From an uncultured Candidatus Rokubacteria bacterium (GTDB taxonomy: Bacteria > Methylomirabilota > Methylomirabilia > Rokubacteriales > CSP1-6), in NCBI GenBank assembly GCA_963754315.1, contig CAVWFS010000013.1:64001-128000 (forward strand): 64,000 bases of DNA, read 5' to 3'. Position numbers and translations under genes: made by a program. Shown one piece after another: positions 43,173-54,022 of this stretch (position 1 is the first letter of the stretch; each line of letters opens with the position of its first letter). The notes under the pieces are model-generated. The model was given only the letters and a program-made list of their open reading frames with translations. It did not search any database and was not told where the DNA came from.

Positions 43173-43976
43173 CTATCCCGGCAGCTTCCAGCCGAGCCAG
43201 GTGCACACGGCGCGTCCCATGATCAGCTCCTTGTCCTTGGCCGACAGCCACGGCAGTTCCTCCGTGAACATGGTCACGCACTGTCGCCACGAGCAGGGCA
43301 TGCGCGTGATGTCGGTCCCCCAGAACATCCTCTCGGGCCCGAAGGCATCGTAGAGCGCCCGGATATGTCCGTGAATATCGCGGTACGGGTAGGCCTCGCT
43401 TGAGTAGCTGGGCGCCCCCGTGGCCTTGAGCGCCACGTTGCGATGCTTGGCGGCGGCCACCAGCTGGGGCAGGTTCGACCACGCCGCATCGGGTCGGCCG
43501 AAGTGATCGACGATCAGCTTGAGCCCCGGATGTCGCTCCGCGATCGAGCCGATTACCTGCAAGAGGCCGGGGCCGAGAAGGGCGACCGGGAGTCCCGCCC
43601 GCTCGGCGGCGGCCCATAGCCAGTCGAGGGTCCCATCGGTCAGCCACGTCTGCTGATGCGGCTGCAACAACGCGAAGCGCAGCCCAAGCATTCCCGGACG
43701 GCTCTTGATGCCGTCCACTATGGTCCGGCTTTCCGGTCGGTCGAGCGGGAAATTTCCGAGGATGGCGAGCCGATTGGGGTGCTGGCGCGCCGCCTCCACG
43801 GCGAGCGCGTTAGAATCGGGATCCCAGCCGGGTGGATGGATGAGAGCGGCGTTGACCCCGCCTTCATCCATTTCCTTCAGCACGTCGGCCGCCGTGTAGT
43901 CGGCCACCTGACGATGGTTGGGGTTGGTCGGCTTGTGGTTCTTCCAGATGTGGATCTGAGCGTCGACGATCAGCAT
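43173..43976 (-). CDS. Amidohydrolase_2 family (L-fuconolactonase-like)
   Basis: IVDAQIHIW, IVDHFG, FGPERMFWGTD. Confidence 0.88.
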   Translation of the reverse strand: MLIVDAQIHIWKNHKPTNPNHRQVADYTAADVLKEMDEGGVNAALIHPPGWDPDSNALAVEAARQHPNRLAILGNFPLDRPESRTIVDGIKSRPGMLGLRFALLQPHQQTWLTDGTLDWLWAAAERAGLPVALLGPGLLQVIGSIAERHPGLKLIVDHFGRPDAAWSNLPQLVAAAKHRNVALKATGAPSYSSEAYPYRDIHGHIRALYDAFGPERMFWGTDITRMPCSWRQCVTMFTEELPWLSAKDKELIMGRAVCTWLGWKLPG

Positions 43977-44027
43977 GAGCGTTGCCTTCCTTTCTGACTC
44001 GGCGCCGTTGATCTGCGCCGTCTGGGG

Positions 44028-45302
44028 TCAGCCGCAGAGCCGGTACGTCGCGTAGGCGATGGCCCGGGCGGCCGTGACCAGATCCGAGAGCTTCACCCGC
44101 TCGTCGGGTGTCGGCCATTCCTTGTAAGTCCGGATGTCGCCCGCCCCGTATTGTAGAGACGGGATGCCCGCGGCGTTGATGATGTTGCCATCGCCCACGT
44201 TGCCCAGACGCCCCCACCCGCCCACCATCGGCTTCCTGGCCCGAGGCCAGGCGGTGGCCCTCGGCCAGCGCCGTCACCAGCGGATGATCGCGCGCGATCT
44301 CCATGGGCTCCTGGCACCAGCCTTCCTCGGTGCCCGGGGCGGGGACGGTGACCTCGCAATCAAGCGTGGGCGACTCCTTCTTGATCGACTCCAGGAGTCG
44401 GGAAGATCAGCGCGCACGCTGTCCAACGTCTGCCCCGGAACCGTCCGGATCTGGAAGATCATCTCGCACTCGCGGCTCGACATGCCGGTGTAGTTCGGCT
44501 GGTAGTAGTGCTCCTTGTGGATCGTGTCGAAGGTGTGTGTGGGAAAGCCGGGCAGGTCCGGATGCGGCGTGAAGCTGAGCCAGCCGCCGGGCGGGATGGG
44601 GTCGAGGCTCGGCCCGATGCGTCGCATGATGCGGCTCTGCTGCTCGATCGGATTCTCGTAGGCCGCCTTGGCCTCGGGACTGTAGCGGAAGAACAGCTCG
44701 GGACTCCGCGTGCGGATGCGGACCATGACGATGCCCACGCACACGTTGGCGATGGTCAGCGCGGAATGTTCCATGTTGATGGCCATGTCCGCCCGCACGC
44801 CGTGCTTGAGCAGGGCACGGGTGCCGGCGCCGCCGAGCTTGTGGGCAACCACCGGGCACACCAGCACGTCGCCCCGGAGCCGCACACCAGCCTTGACGAT
44901 GGCCTCCACGCCGCAGATGGCGGCCACCACCCCGCCCTTGTCGTCGTGGGCCCCCATCCCCCAGACCCAGCCGTCCTCGAACTTGGCGCCGTACGGATCG
45001 ACGGACCAGCCGCTCATCTCGACACCAGGATCCATGTGGCCGTTGAGCATGAGGGTCGGTCCACCCCCGCTGCCGCGCAATCGCCCGATCGGCTGGCGCG
45101 TGCGCTGGCCTGGCTTGCCCGGGTGCGTGACCTCCATCATCTCGACCTCGAGACCCATCTCCGACATGTAGTTCGCCAGATGATCCGCGAGCGGACCTTC
45201 CTGGAACGTGCTGCTTGGAATGCGGATCGCCGCCTGCTCGAGGGCAAGGACCTGGCGGTCGCTGATCCCGTCGGCGATCGCTGGCCAGGCGCTGTCAGTC
45301 AT
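44028..45302 (-). CDS. M20 metallopeptidase/ArgE-DapE family (frameshifts ~44400 and ~44230)
   Basis: LMLNGHMD, GMGAHDDKGG, C-terminal GIPSLQYGAG..PDERV. Confidence 0.82.
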
Positions 45303-45315
45303 GATCGCGCCCCAG

Positions 45316-45714
45316 CTAGGCGAGCGCGGCGACACCCGCGTTGGCGACCTGCTCATCCTGGTGCGACTGCACTCCCGACACGCCGATGGCGCCCACGCAG
45401 TCACCCTGGTGCATGATGGGCACGCCGCCCTGGATGGGCAGGTTCTCCGGGAACTTGAGGAAGACCGGGCGGTCCTTCACCATGTCCTCCCATGCCTTCG
45501 TCGGACGACGGGTGACGGCGGCGGTGCGCGCCTTGCTCGCGGCCACCTCGGCCGTCATGGGTCCGGCACCGTCCAGACGCTCGAGGTGCAGGAGGAAGCC
45601 GGCGTCGTCCACCACGGCGATGGTCACGTTCCACTTGTTCTTGGCGGCCTCGTCGCGGCAGGCGGCCATCATCTTGTGCACGTCGGCAGCAGTGAGCGCG
45701 GGCTTGTTGCGCAT
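45316..45714 (-). CDS. GlcG/HbpS family heme-binding protein
   Basis: IAVVDDAGFLLHLERLDGA, KARTA, GGVPI..GAIGVSG. Confidence 0.9.
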   Translation of the reverse strand: MRNKPALTAADVHKMMAACRDEAAKNKWNVTIAVVDDAGFLLHLERLDGAGPMTAEVAASKARTAAVTRRPTKAWEDMVKDRPVFLKFPENLPIQGGVPIMHQGDCVGAIGVSGVQSHQDEQVANAGVAALA

Positions 45715-45850
45715 GGATCGTCCTCCCGGGTTCGCGTGAGATCGTTAGCCCGAGGCGCCGGCCCTCCGGCGCCCGGACCCAAACATGCTATCGCGAGTCG
45801 CCGAAACGCGCGACGCCCTTCGCGCGCGGCAGAAATCCGATCCCGGCGGC

Positions 45851-46276
45851 CTACGACGGCCGGACGGCGATTCCGAGCCGCAGGGCGTTGCGGCGCACCC
45901 GCACGTCCAGTGCGGCCATCTCGACCTCGGGGGTGACAGCCCGAACGGCGAGCGCACTCGCCAGATGAATGGCATCCAGCGCGCGGACAGGCTCCTCTGG
46001 AAACGGCGCTGCCGCTCGCTCGACCAGCTCGGCCGCGATGTCGATCATGGTCCACTCGGCCGAGGCTCGACGCGAACGCCCTAGGAGGTGCTCGGTATCG
46101 GATGGGGTTCGCTGGCGCGTAGCCTCGAGTCGTACAATTGCGCGAAGGCACTCGAGGCGGGTGAGGCGCGAGGCAACGACACCGTCAGCCTCCTCCAGCG
46201 TGTGCCGGACCTCCTCGCCCCGTGGTTCTCCGAGTAGCCAACCGAGGACGGCGCTGGACTCCGCATAGATGATCGA
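45851..46276 (-). CDS. vapC: VapC PIN toxin with a mutated start codon (TCG)
   Basis: Open frame (S)IIYAESSAVLGWLLGEP...RALDAIHLASAL..ALDVRV; no in-frame start at the expected position. Confidence 0.75.
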   Translation of the reverse strand, partial: SIIYAESSAVLGWLLGEPRGEEVRHTLEEADGVVASRLTRLECLRAIVRLEATRQRTPSDTEHLLGRSRRASAEWTMIDIAAELVERAAAPFPEEPVRALDAIHLASALAVRAVTPEVEMAALDVRVRRNALRLGIAVRPS

Positions 46277-46562
46277 CGATCGTTGCGCAGCTCGTCGATC
46301 AAGCGCTGGCTGGTTCCCGCCGGACTACGCAAGCCCGTCCGCGGGTACGAGCCGGGCTGCTTCCGTCGACCGGGCACCGCGATACCCCGCGCTACGAGCG
46401 CCTGCAGCCCGGCCAGTTCGCGGGGCAGCTCGGTCATGGCGGGGGGGCCGAGGGCGGCGATGACCCGTCCGTGCTCGGTGACAAGCACGACGCCGCCGGT
46501 CTTGGCGACCCGGAGGTAATGCGAGAGCTTGGCCTTGAGCTCGCGACCCCAACTGCTTGCAT
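46273..46562 (-). CDS. Phd/YefM antitoxin (frameshift near the start; stop codon reads CGA)
   Basis: MQAVG(V)RELKAKLSHYLRVAKTGGVVLVTEHGRVIAALGP...IDELRNDR. Confidence 0.78.
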
Positions 46563-46658
46563 AGCGCTATGAGACCACAGGTGACCACATTGCACAACGG
46601 CCCGCGGCTGGTACTCGGTCACGGTGAATCTTGACGCGCTGTCTGCTACGCTCCCCTC

Positions 46659-46883
46659 ATGGAGATCGACATCAAGCGCTGCTTCGTCTGACTCGACATC
46701 CGCCGCGAGGCCGGGAGCCTTCGCGACGAACTCGAGAAGAGCATAGGGGTCAGGCCCAAGATCCGGTGGGGCGGGTTCGGACAGCTCGACGTCCTGGTGG
46801 ACGGCAAGCTCGTGTTCTCGAAGAAGCAGGCCGGCCGGAGCCCGACGGCGGCCGAGATCATCCGACTCGTCAGATCGACGTGA
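46659..46883 (+). CDS. Rdx (SelW/SelT/SelH-like) selenoprotein, CxxU, Sec at TGA 46689-46691
   Basis: MEIDIKRCFVULDIRREAGSLRDELEKSIGVRPKIRWGGFGQLDVLVDGKLVFSKKQAGRSPTAAEIIRLVRST*; absent from the ORF track. Confidence 0.87.
46704..46725 (+). promoter_or_regulatory. Bacterial SECIS-like hairpin
   Basis: CGCGAGGC-CGGGA-GCCT(T)CGCG: 8-bp stem with bulged U, G at loop position 2, 12 nt after UGA. Confidence 0.78.
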
Positions 46884-46921
46884 AGCTCGTCTGGTCGGCG
46901 GCCGCATGGAGGAGATGACGA

Positions 46922-47113
46922 ATGGACTTTCTCGCGACCACTGAGGCGGCCATCGCCGCCTGGCACGGCATCACCCCTCCCAACGATGCGGCGCGCCGTC
47001 TGGCCGCCGATCTGGCCTCCACCATCGCCGCCTTCGAGGCTGTGCGCGGCGGCCTGCGCTTCGAGGATGAGCCGTCGAGCTTCGAGGCGGCCCTTCAGGA
47101 GTGCAAGGAATGA
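46922..47113 (+). CDS. Small amidase-associated protein (GatC/AtzG-like?)
   Basis: 63 aa with RBS; LRFEDEPSSF tail; ATGA overlap with the amidase. Confidence 0.65.
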   Translation: MDFLATTEAAIAAWHGITPPNDAARRLAADLASTIAAFEAVRGGLRFEDEPSSFEAALQECKE

Positions 47114-48531
47114 AGGCGCTCGCCGATCTCGGCCTGGTCGAAGCCGCGGACGCGGTCAAACGGAAAGAGGTCACGTCGGCCGCCCTGCTGGAGGCCTGTC
47201 TCGCCCGCCTCGAGGCGGTGAACAAGACCGTGAACGCGACCATCTGGGTCGACCGCGATCACGCGCGGGCGGCGGCCGCCGCGGCCGATGCCGCCCTGGC
47301 CGCGGGGAAACCCGTGGGCCGTCTTCACGGCATCCCGCTCGCCCACAAGGACATGTACTACCAGGCCGGCCGGCCCTGCACGTGCGGCTCGGCCATCCGG
47401 CGCGACTTCGTGCCGGACATCACCTGCACGGTGGTGCAACGCCTGTCCGACGCCGGCGCCTACACCTTCGCCGGACTGAACATGGCGGAGTTCGCGCAGA
47501 ACCCGACCGGCCACAATCGCGCCTTCGGCGACTGTCACAACCCCTGGAACCCGCCCTACATCACCGGGGGTTCCTCGTCCGGGTCAGGGGCCGCCGTCGC
47601 CTCGGGTGTCACCTACGCCTCGCTCGGATCGGACACGGGCGGGTCCATACGCCTGCCCGCCTCAGCCTGCGGCGTGACCGGCATCAAGCCCACCCAGACC
47701 CGTATCTCGCGTTACGGCGTCATGCCGCTGTCGTTTTCCGCCGATAACGTCGGTCCCCTCACCCGCAGCGCGCGTGACTGTGCCCGCATCCTCTCGCTGA
47801 TCGCGGGCGCCGATCCAAACGATCCCACTTGCTCGAGGGAGCCCGTGCCCGACTACGAGGCTGCGCTGACGGGCGACCTGCGCGGCGTGCGAATCGGCGT
47901 GCCGACCAACGCGTTCACCAACATCGCTGAGCCACCCGTCATGGCCGGCTTGGAAGAGGCTTTGAAAGTACTGGAGGCTCGGGGAGCGACCATCGTGCGG
48001 CTGGAAGTGCCGCTCATGAAGGCCATCTCCGCCTACGTCGCGGTCATCTCGCGCGCGGAGGCGGCCGCCATTCACAGCCAGTGGATGCGCGAGCGCGCCG
48101 CCGACTACGCCGTGCATCTCTCCGCCCGTCTCTACGGAGGCTATGCCATTCCAGCCGCCTACTACGTCGAGGCGCTGGCGAAGCGCGGCCCCATTCTCAA
48201 GGCCTTCGCCGCCGAGGTGTTCAGCAAGGTCGACCTGCTGGCGACCCCGACCATTCCGACCTGCCTGCCGACGCTGGCCGAGACCGACATCGATCACGGC
48301 CCTCCCGGCACCGAGCAGAAGTTCATGGCGGTCTCCATCAACACGAGGCCGTTCAACTACCTTGGCTTGCCCGCGGCCAGTGCGCCCTGCGGCCTCGATC
48401 CGAACGGACTGCCCATCGGTCTGCAGATCGCCGGACGTCCCTTCGCCGAGGCGCGCGTCCTCAGGGCCATCGACGCCTACCAGCGCGACACCGACTGGCA
48501 CCGCCGACGCCCTCCGGTCGTCCCCGTGTGA
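47110..48531 (+). CDS. Amidase (GatA-like signature family)
   Basis: GIPLAHKD, TGGSSSGSG, GSDTGGSIRLPAS. Confidence 0.9.
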   Translation: MKALADLGLVEAADAVKRKEVTSAALLEACLARLEAVNKTVNATIWVDRDHARAAAAAADAALAAGKPVGRLHGIPLAHKDMYYQAGRPCTCGSAIRRDFVPDITCTVVQRLSDAGAYTFAGLNMAEFAQNPTGHNRAFGDCHNPWNPPYITGGSSSGSGAAVASGVTYASLGSDTGGSIRLPASACGVTGIKPTQTRISRYGVMPLSFSADNVGPLTRSARDCARILSLIAGADPNDPTCSREPVPDYEAALTGDLRGVRIGVPTNAFTNIAEPPVMAGLEEALKVLEARGATIVRLEVPLMKAISAYVAVISRAEAAAIHSQWMRERAADYAVHLSARLYGGYAIPAAYYVEALAKRGPILKAFAAEVFSKVDLLATPTIPTCLPTLAETDIDHGPPGTEQKFMAVSINTRPFNYLGLPAASAPCGLDPNGLPIGLQIAGRPFAEARVLRAIDAYQRDTDWHRRRPPVVPV

Positions 48532-48577
48532 GCTGGCCAATGGTCCACGCGTTCACCCGAAACACGGAGCCCGGTTC

Positions 48578-50183
48578 GTGAACAACGCCGAGCTCACCGT
48601 CGCGACCTTGCGGGGCGCAGGCGTGAGCCACGGCTTTGGAATCCCCAGCGGCAATGTCCTGCCCCTGCTCGAAGCCATGCGAGCGGGCCAACTTCCATAC
48701 GTACTCACGGCGCACGAAGGCTCGGCGGCCTTCGCAGCCGATGTCATGGGCCGGCTCACCGGAGCACCTGGGCTGTGCATCGCGACCTTGGGTCCCGGCG
48801 CCACCAACCTCACGACCGGCGTGGGCAACGCCTACCTCGATCGCTCGCCACTCCTGGCCATCACGTGCAATCTTCCGACGCCGCAGATCGGTCGTCGTAT
48901 TCAGATGGCCATCGACCACCACGCGCTCTTCCGACCCATCACCAAGGCGACCTTGGCTCTGCGCGAGGGTCGGGTGGCATCGGTACTGACCGAGGCGCTG
49001 GAGATCGCCCTCAGCGAGCCCCTTGGGCCCGTGCACTTGGACCTTCCCGAGGACGTCGCGCTGGCCCCGGCCACCGAGGCCGTGCCCACGAGCCTTCCGA
49101 GACGCCGACCGATCGGTGCGGCCTCTGAGGCGTCTCTCCAGCGCGCGGCAGAAATCCTGGGGGCCGCTCGCCGGCCGGTAGCAGTGCTCGGCTCGTCGGC
49201 CATGCGCGTCAGGAATCCCGCGCTGCTGCGGGCGGTGATCGATCGTCACCAGCTTCCCTTCGCGTCGACCACCATGGCCAAGGGCATGATCGCCGAGGAT
49301 CATCCGCTGTCAGTCGGCTGCATCGAGCGAGCCCGGCGGCAGGTGCAGCGCGAGCTCCTGCGTGAGCGCCGATCTCGTGGTGGGCCTCGGCTACGACGTC
49401 GTGGAGGTGGAGTACGAGGCCTGGATCGGCCAGGTCCCACTCCTGTCGATCGACGTGGACCCCGTGGATGCGGATTCGAGCGTGACGATTGCCCACGAAG
49501 TGATCGGCGACCTCGACGCCTCGCTCGAGTGGATGGCACAGCTTTCGCCCATGCGACCCGAGTGGCCGGCCGACATGTCGGCGCAGCACCGGGCTCGCTT
49601 TCAGCGCTCGCTCCGCCCGTCGGTGGCTGGATTCGCACCGCACCATGCGATCGACGTGGTTCGCGAGGTGCTGCCGCGTGACGGCATCCTGGCCTTCGAC
49701 GTGGGAGCCCACACCCACCAGATCGCCTCTCAATGGACAGCGCACGAGCCCGGGACGTTCCTGATCACGAACGGCTGGTCGTCGATGGGTTTTGGTCTTC
49801 CCGCCGCCATCGCCGCCAAGCTGGCGCGGCCTGAGCGCGCCGTGGTTGCGGTGGTGGGCGACGGATGCTTCCAGATGACGGTGGGCGAAGTGGCGGTGGC
49901 CCGCCGCCTCGGATTGTCCTTACCCATCGTCGTGCTCGACGATGGCTGGCTCTCCCTGATCCAGGTCAAACAAGTCCGGCGTCGCTTCGGTCTCTACGGA
50001 ACCGACCTCGGAGAGCACGAGCATGCGGATCCGCCGGCGCACTACTTTGGCGTGCCCGCAGCCGCCGTCCGCTCCGCCGCCGAGCTCACTCAAGCACTGA
50101 AGGAGAGCCTGGTGGCCAACCACCCGACGGTGATCGAGGCCAAGGTCGACCCCAGCCACTACCTCGACACCATCTACGACTAG
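48578..50183 (+). CDS. Thiamine-diphosphate enzyme (acetolactate synthase-like), frameshift ~49362
   Basis: HEGSAAFAA, TLGPGATN, GPVHLDLPED, SSMGFGLPAA, GDGCFQM. Confidence 0.88.
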
Positions 50184-50186
50184 CGG

Positions 50187-50939
50187 TCACTCCATCAGCA
50201 CCCCGCCGTCGACGTTGAAGCTTTCCCCGTATACGAAGCTGGCCGCGTCGGAGAGCAGGAACAGCACCGCGTTGGCGATCTCGTCGGGGCGGCCGAAGCG
50301 ACCGAGGGGAACGCGGCCGGCGACCATGGTGCGCTGCTCCGGCGTCAACGGCGCGTGCATGGGCGTGTCGCACGGCCCCGGATTGACACAGTTGATCCGC
50401 ACTCCGGTGCCGACCAGAGCCCGGGCGAAGCCCTTGGTCATGGTGACGACCGCGCCCTTGGTGGCGGCGTAGGGAATATTGGCGATCCGTCCGCCCCCTA
50501 CCTTGTAGCTATCGGAGCCGATCGTCACGATTCGCCCGTGCCGGCGCGGGAGCATCCGCTTGAGAGCGGCCTGCACCGTGAAGAAGGTGCCCTTGGCGTT
50601 CACCGCGAAGACGCGGTCCCACTCTTCGGAGGTCACCTCGAGCATCGGCAGGGTGGTAATGATGCCAGCGCAGGTGACGAGGCCGTCGATCCGCCCGAAC
50701 TCGCGTTCGGCCAGCGCGAAGACAGCGTCGATCTCGGAAAGCCTGGTCACGTCGGCGCGCAAGTGACGCACCTCGCCCTTTAGCTCGTCGGCGGTCGCCG
50801 CCAAGCGACCACCGTCAAAGTCTGACAGGACGAGCCGCGCGCCTTCCCGGTCGGCAGCCTGAGCGATGGCCCGTCCCATGCCGGAGGCGGCGCCAGTGAT
50901 CGCGATGATCTGATCGCGAAGGTTCAAGAAATCCGTCAT
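50187..50939 (-). CDS. SDR oxidoreductase
   Basis: ITGAASGMG, YAATK, NCVNPG, NVDGG. Confidence 0.92.
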   Translation of the reverse strand: MTDFLNLRDQIIAITGAASGMGRAIAQAADREGARLVLSDFDGGRLAATADELKGEVRHLRADVTRLSEIDAVFALAEREFGRIDGLVTCAGIITTLPMLEVTSEEWDRVFAVNAKGTFFTVQAALKRMLPRRHGRIVTIGSDSYKVGGGRIANIPYAATKGAVVTMTKGFARALVGTGVRINCVNPGPCDTPMHAPLTPEQRTMVAGRVPLGRFGRPDEIANAVLFLLSDAASFVYGESFNVDGGVLME

Positions 50940-51057
50940 GGCTTCACCCGATCTTCGGCTGGGATAAGGCGTCTAATCCTTCGCTTCATTTCGTGCGCCG
51001 TCAGGAGCAGATCGACTGCGTCGTAAGCGGCCCTTGAAGGTCGAAGAGAGCGATGGC

Positions 51058-52256
51058 TCAGAGGACTCCGTCGCGGCGGAGGGCGGCCAGCTCCGACTCG
51101 GCGAGGCCGAGGAGGCGGCCGTAGACCTCCGCGTTGTGCTCGCCGAGGAGAGGCGCACGCTTCACCTCGGTGGGCGAGGCCGAGAGGTGGATGGGGCTGC
51201 CGATCATCGTGATCCGGCCGCGCGTCGGGTGGTCCACGTCGACGAGCATGCCGCGGCTGCGCAGGTGGTCGTTCGACAGAACCTCCTCCGAGTCGAGCAC
51301 GGCCCCACATGGAACGCCGGCGCCGGCCAGCAGCTCCATGGCCTCGTGCTTCGTGCGCTTCTCTGTCCATCGCCTCGACGAGCGCCTCCAGCTCCTCGAC
51401 CTGCGCCACCCGCCCGCTCGATCCGCGAAGCGCGGGTCGTCGCCCAGCTCCGGCTGGCCGATGGCGCGCGTGAGCGCCTTCCACATGTCCGGGTTGGCCA
51501 CGTGGATGAAGACGTAGTCATTGGGGCCGAACGGACGACAGCGGTAGAGATTCGAGGGGGCCGCGCTCGGTGAGCGGTTTCCGCGCCGGGGAATGGGGTC
51601 GCACCCCGAGATGATGGTCGCGGAAGTGGATGCGCGTGAGATTGACGACGCAGTCCTGCTGGGCGACCTCGACGCGCTGCCCGACGCCAGTCGTCTGGCG
51701 CTGGACGATGGCGGCCAGAATTCCGATCGCGGTGTGCAGGCCAGCGCCGGTGTCGCCGAGACCGGCCTCGATGCGCGTTGGCGGTCCGTCCGGGCTGCCG
51801 GTCAGGCTCATGACTGCCGCCCATCGCCTGAGCGATCATCTCGAAGCTGTTATAGGACGGCGTAGATGCCCTCGCTGCCGAACCCCTTGACCGACGCCGA
51901 GATGATGCGCGGGTTGATTCGGGCCAGCGCCTCGTACCCGAACCCGAGACGCTCCATCGAGCCGGGGCCGAGGTTCTCGACCACGACGTCGGCCTTCTTG
52001 ACCATGTTCCCGAACATCGGCGGCCGCGCGCGGATTTGAGATTGAGCGTCACGCTCTGCTTGTTGGCGTTCAGCAGGCAGAAGAAGACCGAGTCCATGTC
52101 GGGCCGCTCACTGAGTCCACGGCGGGCAGCCTCGCCCGTCGGTGGCTCGATCTTGATGACCTCGGCGCCGAGCCAGGCCAGGGTCTCGGTGCAACTCGGG
52201 CCTGCTTCGTACTGGGTGAGGTCGAGAACGCGGATGCCGTCGAGCGCTTTCGCCAT
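51058..52256 (-). CDS. Class III CoA-transferase (formyl-CoA transferase/CaiB-BaiF), multiple frameshifts
   Basis: VLDLTQYEAGPSCTETLAWLGAEVIKIEP, LNANKQSVTLNLK, APLLGEHN. Confidence 0.85.
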
Positions 52257-52355
52257 CGGTCGCTCCTCGCTGGTCGTAAGCGCCTAACCGCTCGGCACGT
52301 CTGTGCGAATGTAGCATCAACGACCCCGGTCGATCCGGGAAGGAGGTGCTTCATC

Positions 52356-52394
52356 TTGACATCTGATGCTGTCGAATATAGCATCACAGCATCA
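52356..52394 (+). promoter_or_regulatory. Sigma70 promoter plus operator of a TA operon
   Basis: TTGACA(52356)-17 nt-TAGCAT(52379); inverted repeat TGATGCT(52364)/AGCATCA(52380) plus a second AGCATCA(52388). Confidence 0.78.
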
Positions 52395-52631
52395 TGGCGA
52401 GAACCACGCTCGATATCGACACACCGATCCTGAAAGAGCTCAAGAAGCTGCAGAAGGAGCAGGGAGGGTCGCTGGGAAGATCGTGTCGCAGCTCCTGGCC
52501 GAGGCCCTGCTCGTCGGAAGACAGGCTCCGGCCCCGCCCGGCTGCTCTGGGTCTCGCGTCCCATGCACGCCCTGGTGGACCTGTCCGACAAGGAGGCCGT
52601 CTATGCGGTCCTCGACCGGCATGACGAGTGA
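52394..52631 (+). CDS. VapB-like antitoxin (frameshifted)
   Basis: MARTTLDIDTPILKELKKLQ..IVSQLLAEAL..ALVDLSDKEAVYAVLD across frames. Confidence 0.78.
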
Positions 52632-53064
52632 GCTACTCGGTCGACGTCAATATCCTCCTCTACGCGTCGGACACCTCCAGCCCCAGGCAGCCGGCGGCAG
52701 TGCACTTCCTCGAGCAACGCGGCTCGGATCCGGATCTCTTCTGCATCGCCTGGCCCACCCTGATGGCCTTTCTGCGCATCTCGACTCACCCGCGAATTTT
52801 CGCCCGTCCGCTCTCGCCCGGCGAGGCCCTCGGCAACGTCGAGTCCCTGCTTGCCTCTACCCCGCTTGCGCGTTCTCGCGGAAGACGACGGGTTCCTCGA
52901 AATCTACGAGGCAGGTGACCGCCCCCTTCACGGCCCGAGGCAATCAGGTCCCTGATGCCCACCTGGCGGCTCTCCTCCGCCAGCATGGCGTCAGGCGACT
53001 CTATACGGTCGATCGGGATTTCCGACGATTCGATTTTCTCGAGGTCATGGATCCCTTCGGCTAA
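52628..53064 (+). CDS. vapC: VapC PIN toxin (frameshifted)
   Basis: VDVNILLYA, FLRISTHPRIF, GNQVPDAHLAALL, TVDRDFRRF. Confidence 0.85.
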
Positions 53065-53191
53065 AAGCTGGTCCGCCGGCGCGCCGGCGAGGGCTGGTGT
53101 CATCACGAGCCGCGGGTCATGATACGTGACATGCCTGGGCGCCGAGTCGGCAGCGGCGGACGAGCGTGGCCACGCGGAAGGGAGGCTCTCC

Positions 53192-53948
53192 ATGCGGTGC
53201 GCCGGGACGGTGGCGCTGGTGACGGGCGGACAGCAGGGAATCGGGACGGGCCATCGCGCTGGCCCTCGCCCGCGAAGGGGCCGACGTCGTGCTCAACTAT
53301 CTCGACGATCCTGACGCGGCGGCGAGCATCGCCAAGGAGATCAGCGCGGCGGGACGCCGGTGCCTTCCCGTGCAGGGCGACGTTTCCCGCGCCAGCGATG
53401 TGGCCGCTCTCGTCGACGCGGCCGAGCGCGGGATGGGCCCCATCGACACGCTGATCAACAACGCGGGGACCTTTCCTCGTTCGGCGTTTCTCGACCTCAC
53501 CGAGGCCAGTGGGATCGCGTGCACGGCGTGAACCTCAAGGGCAGCTTTCTCGCCGCCCAGGCCGTGGCACGCCGGCTGGTCGCTCGCGGGTGCGCCGGGG
53601 GCGATCATCAACCTCGCCTCGTCGGCGGCCTACCGGAGCAGCCCGACGCGGCACCCACTACGTCGCCAGCAAGGCCGGCGTGGTCGGGCTGACGCGGGCC
53701 ATGGCGCTGGAGCTGGCGCCGCACGCGATCCGCGTCAATGCCATCGCCCCGGGCCTGACCGATACCGCGCAGCCACGCGACGGCCACAGCGAGATCGAGC
53801 TTCAGGCGATGGCGCGCCAGGTGCCGCTGGGGCGCATGGGGCAGCCGGACGACGTGGCGGCGGTGGCCGTCTTTCTGGCATCAGCCGACGCGCGAAGCAC
53901 ATCACCGGGCAGGTCATCCACGTCAACGGCGGAGCGTATCTGGGATGA
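53192..53948 (+). CDS. SDR oxidoreductase (several frameshifts)
   Basis: VTGGQQGIG, INNAG, HYVASKAG, VNAIAPG, HVNGG. Confidence 0.82.
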
Positions 53949-54022
53949 TGGGGGGCCCCGCGCAACGTTCGGAGCACCCCGGCAGAGCCGGGAGACACGT
54001 CTCTCCTGACCGGAGCGGCCGC

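Noticed and set aside
46646..46966. Minus-strand 106-aa ORF and plus-strand 46631-46918 ORF
   Set aside because: Shadows of the Rdx selenoprotein frame, which carries the recognisable motif
47110..48531. gatA of Glu-tRNA amidotransferase
   Set aside because: No gatB adjacent, and the context is catabolic
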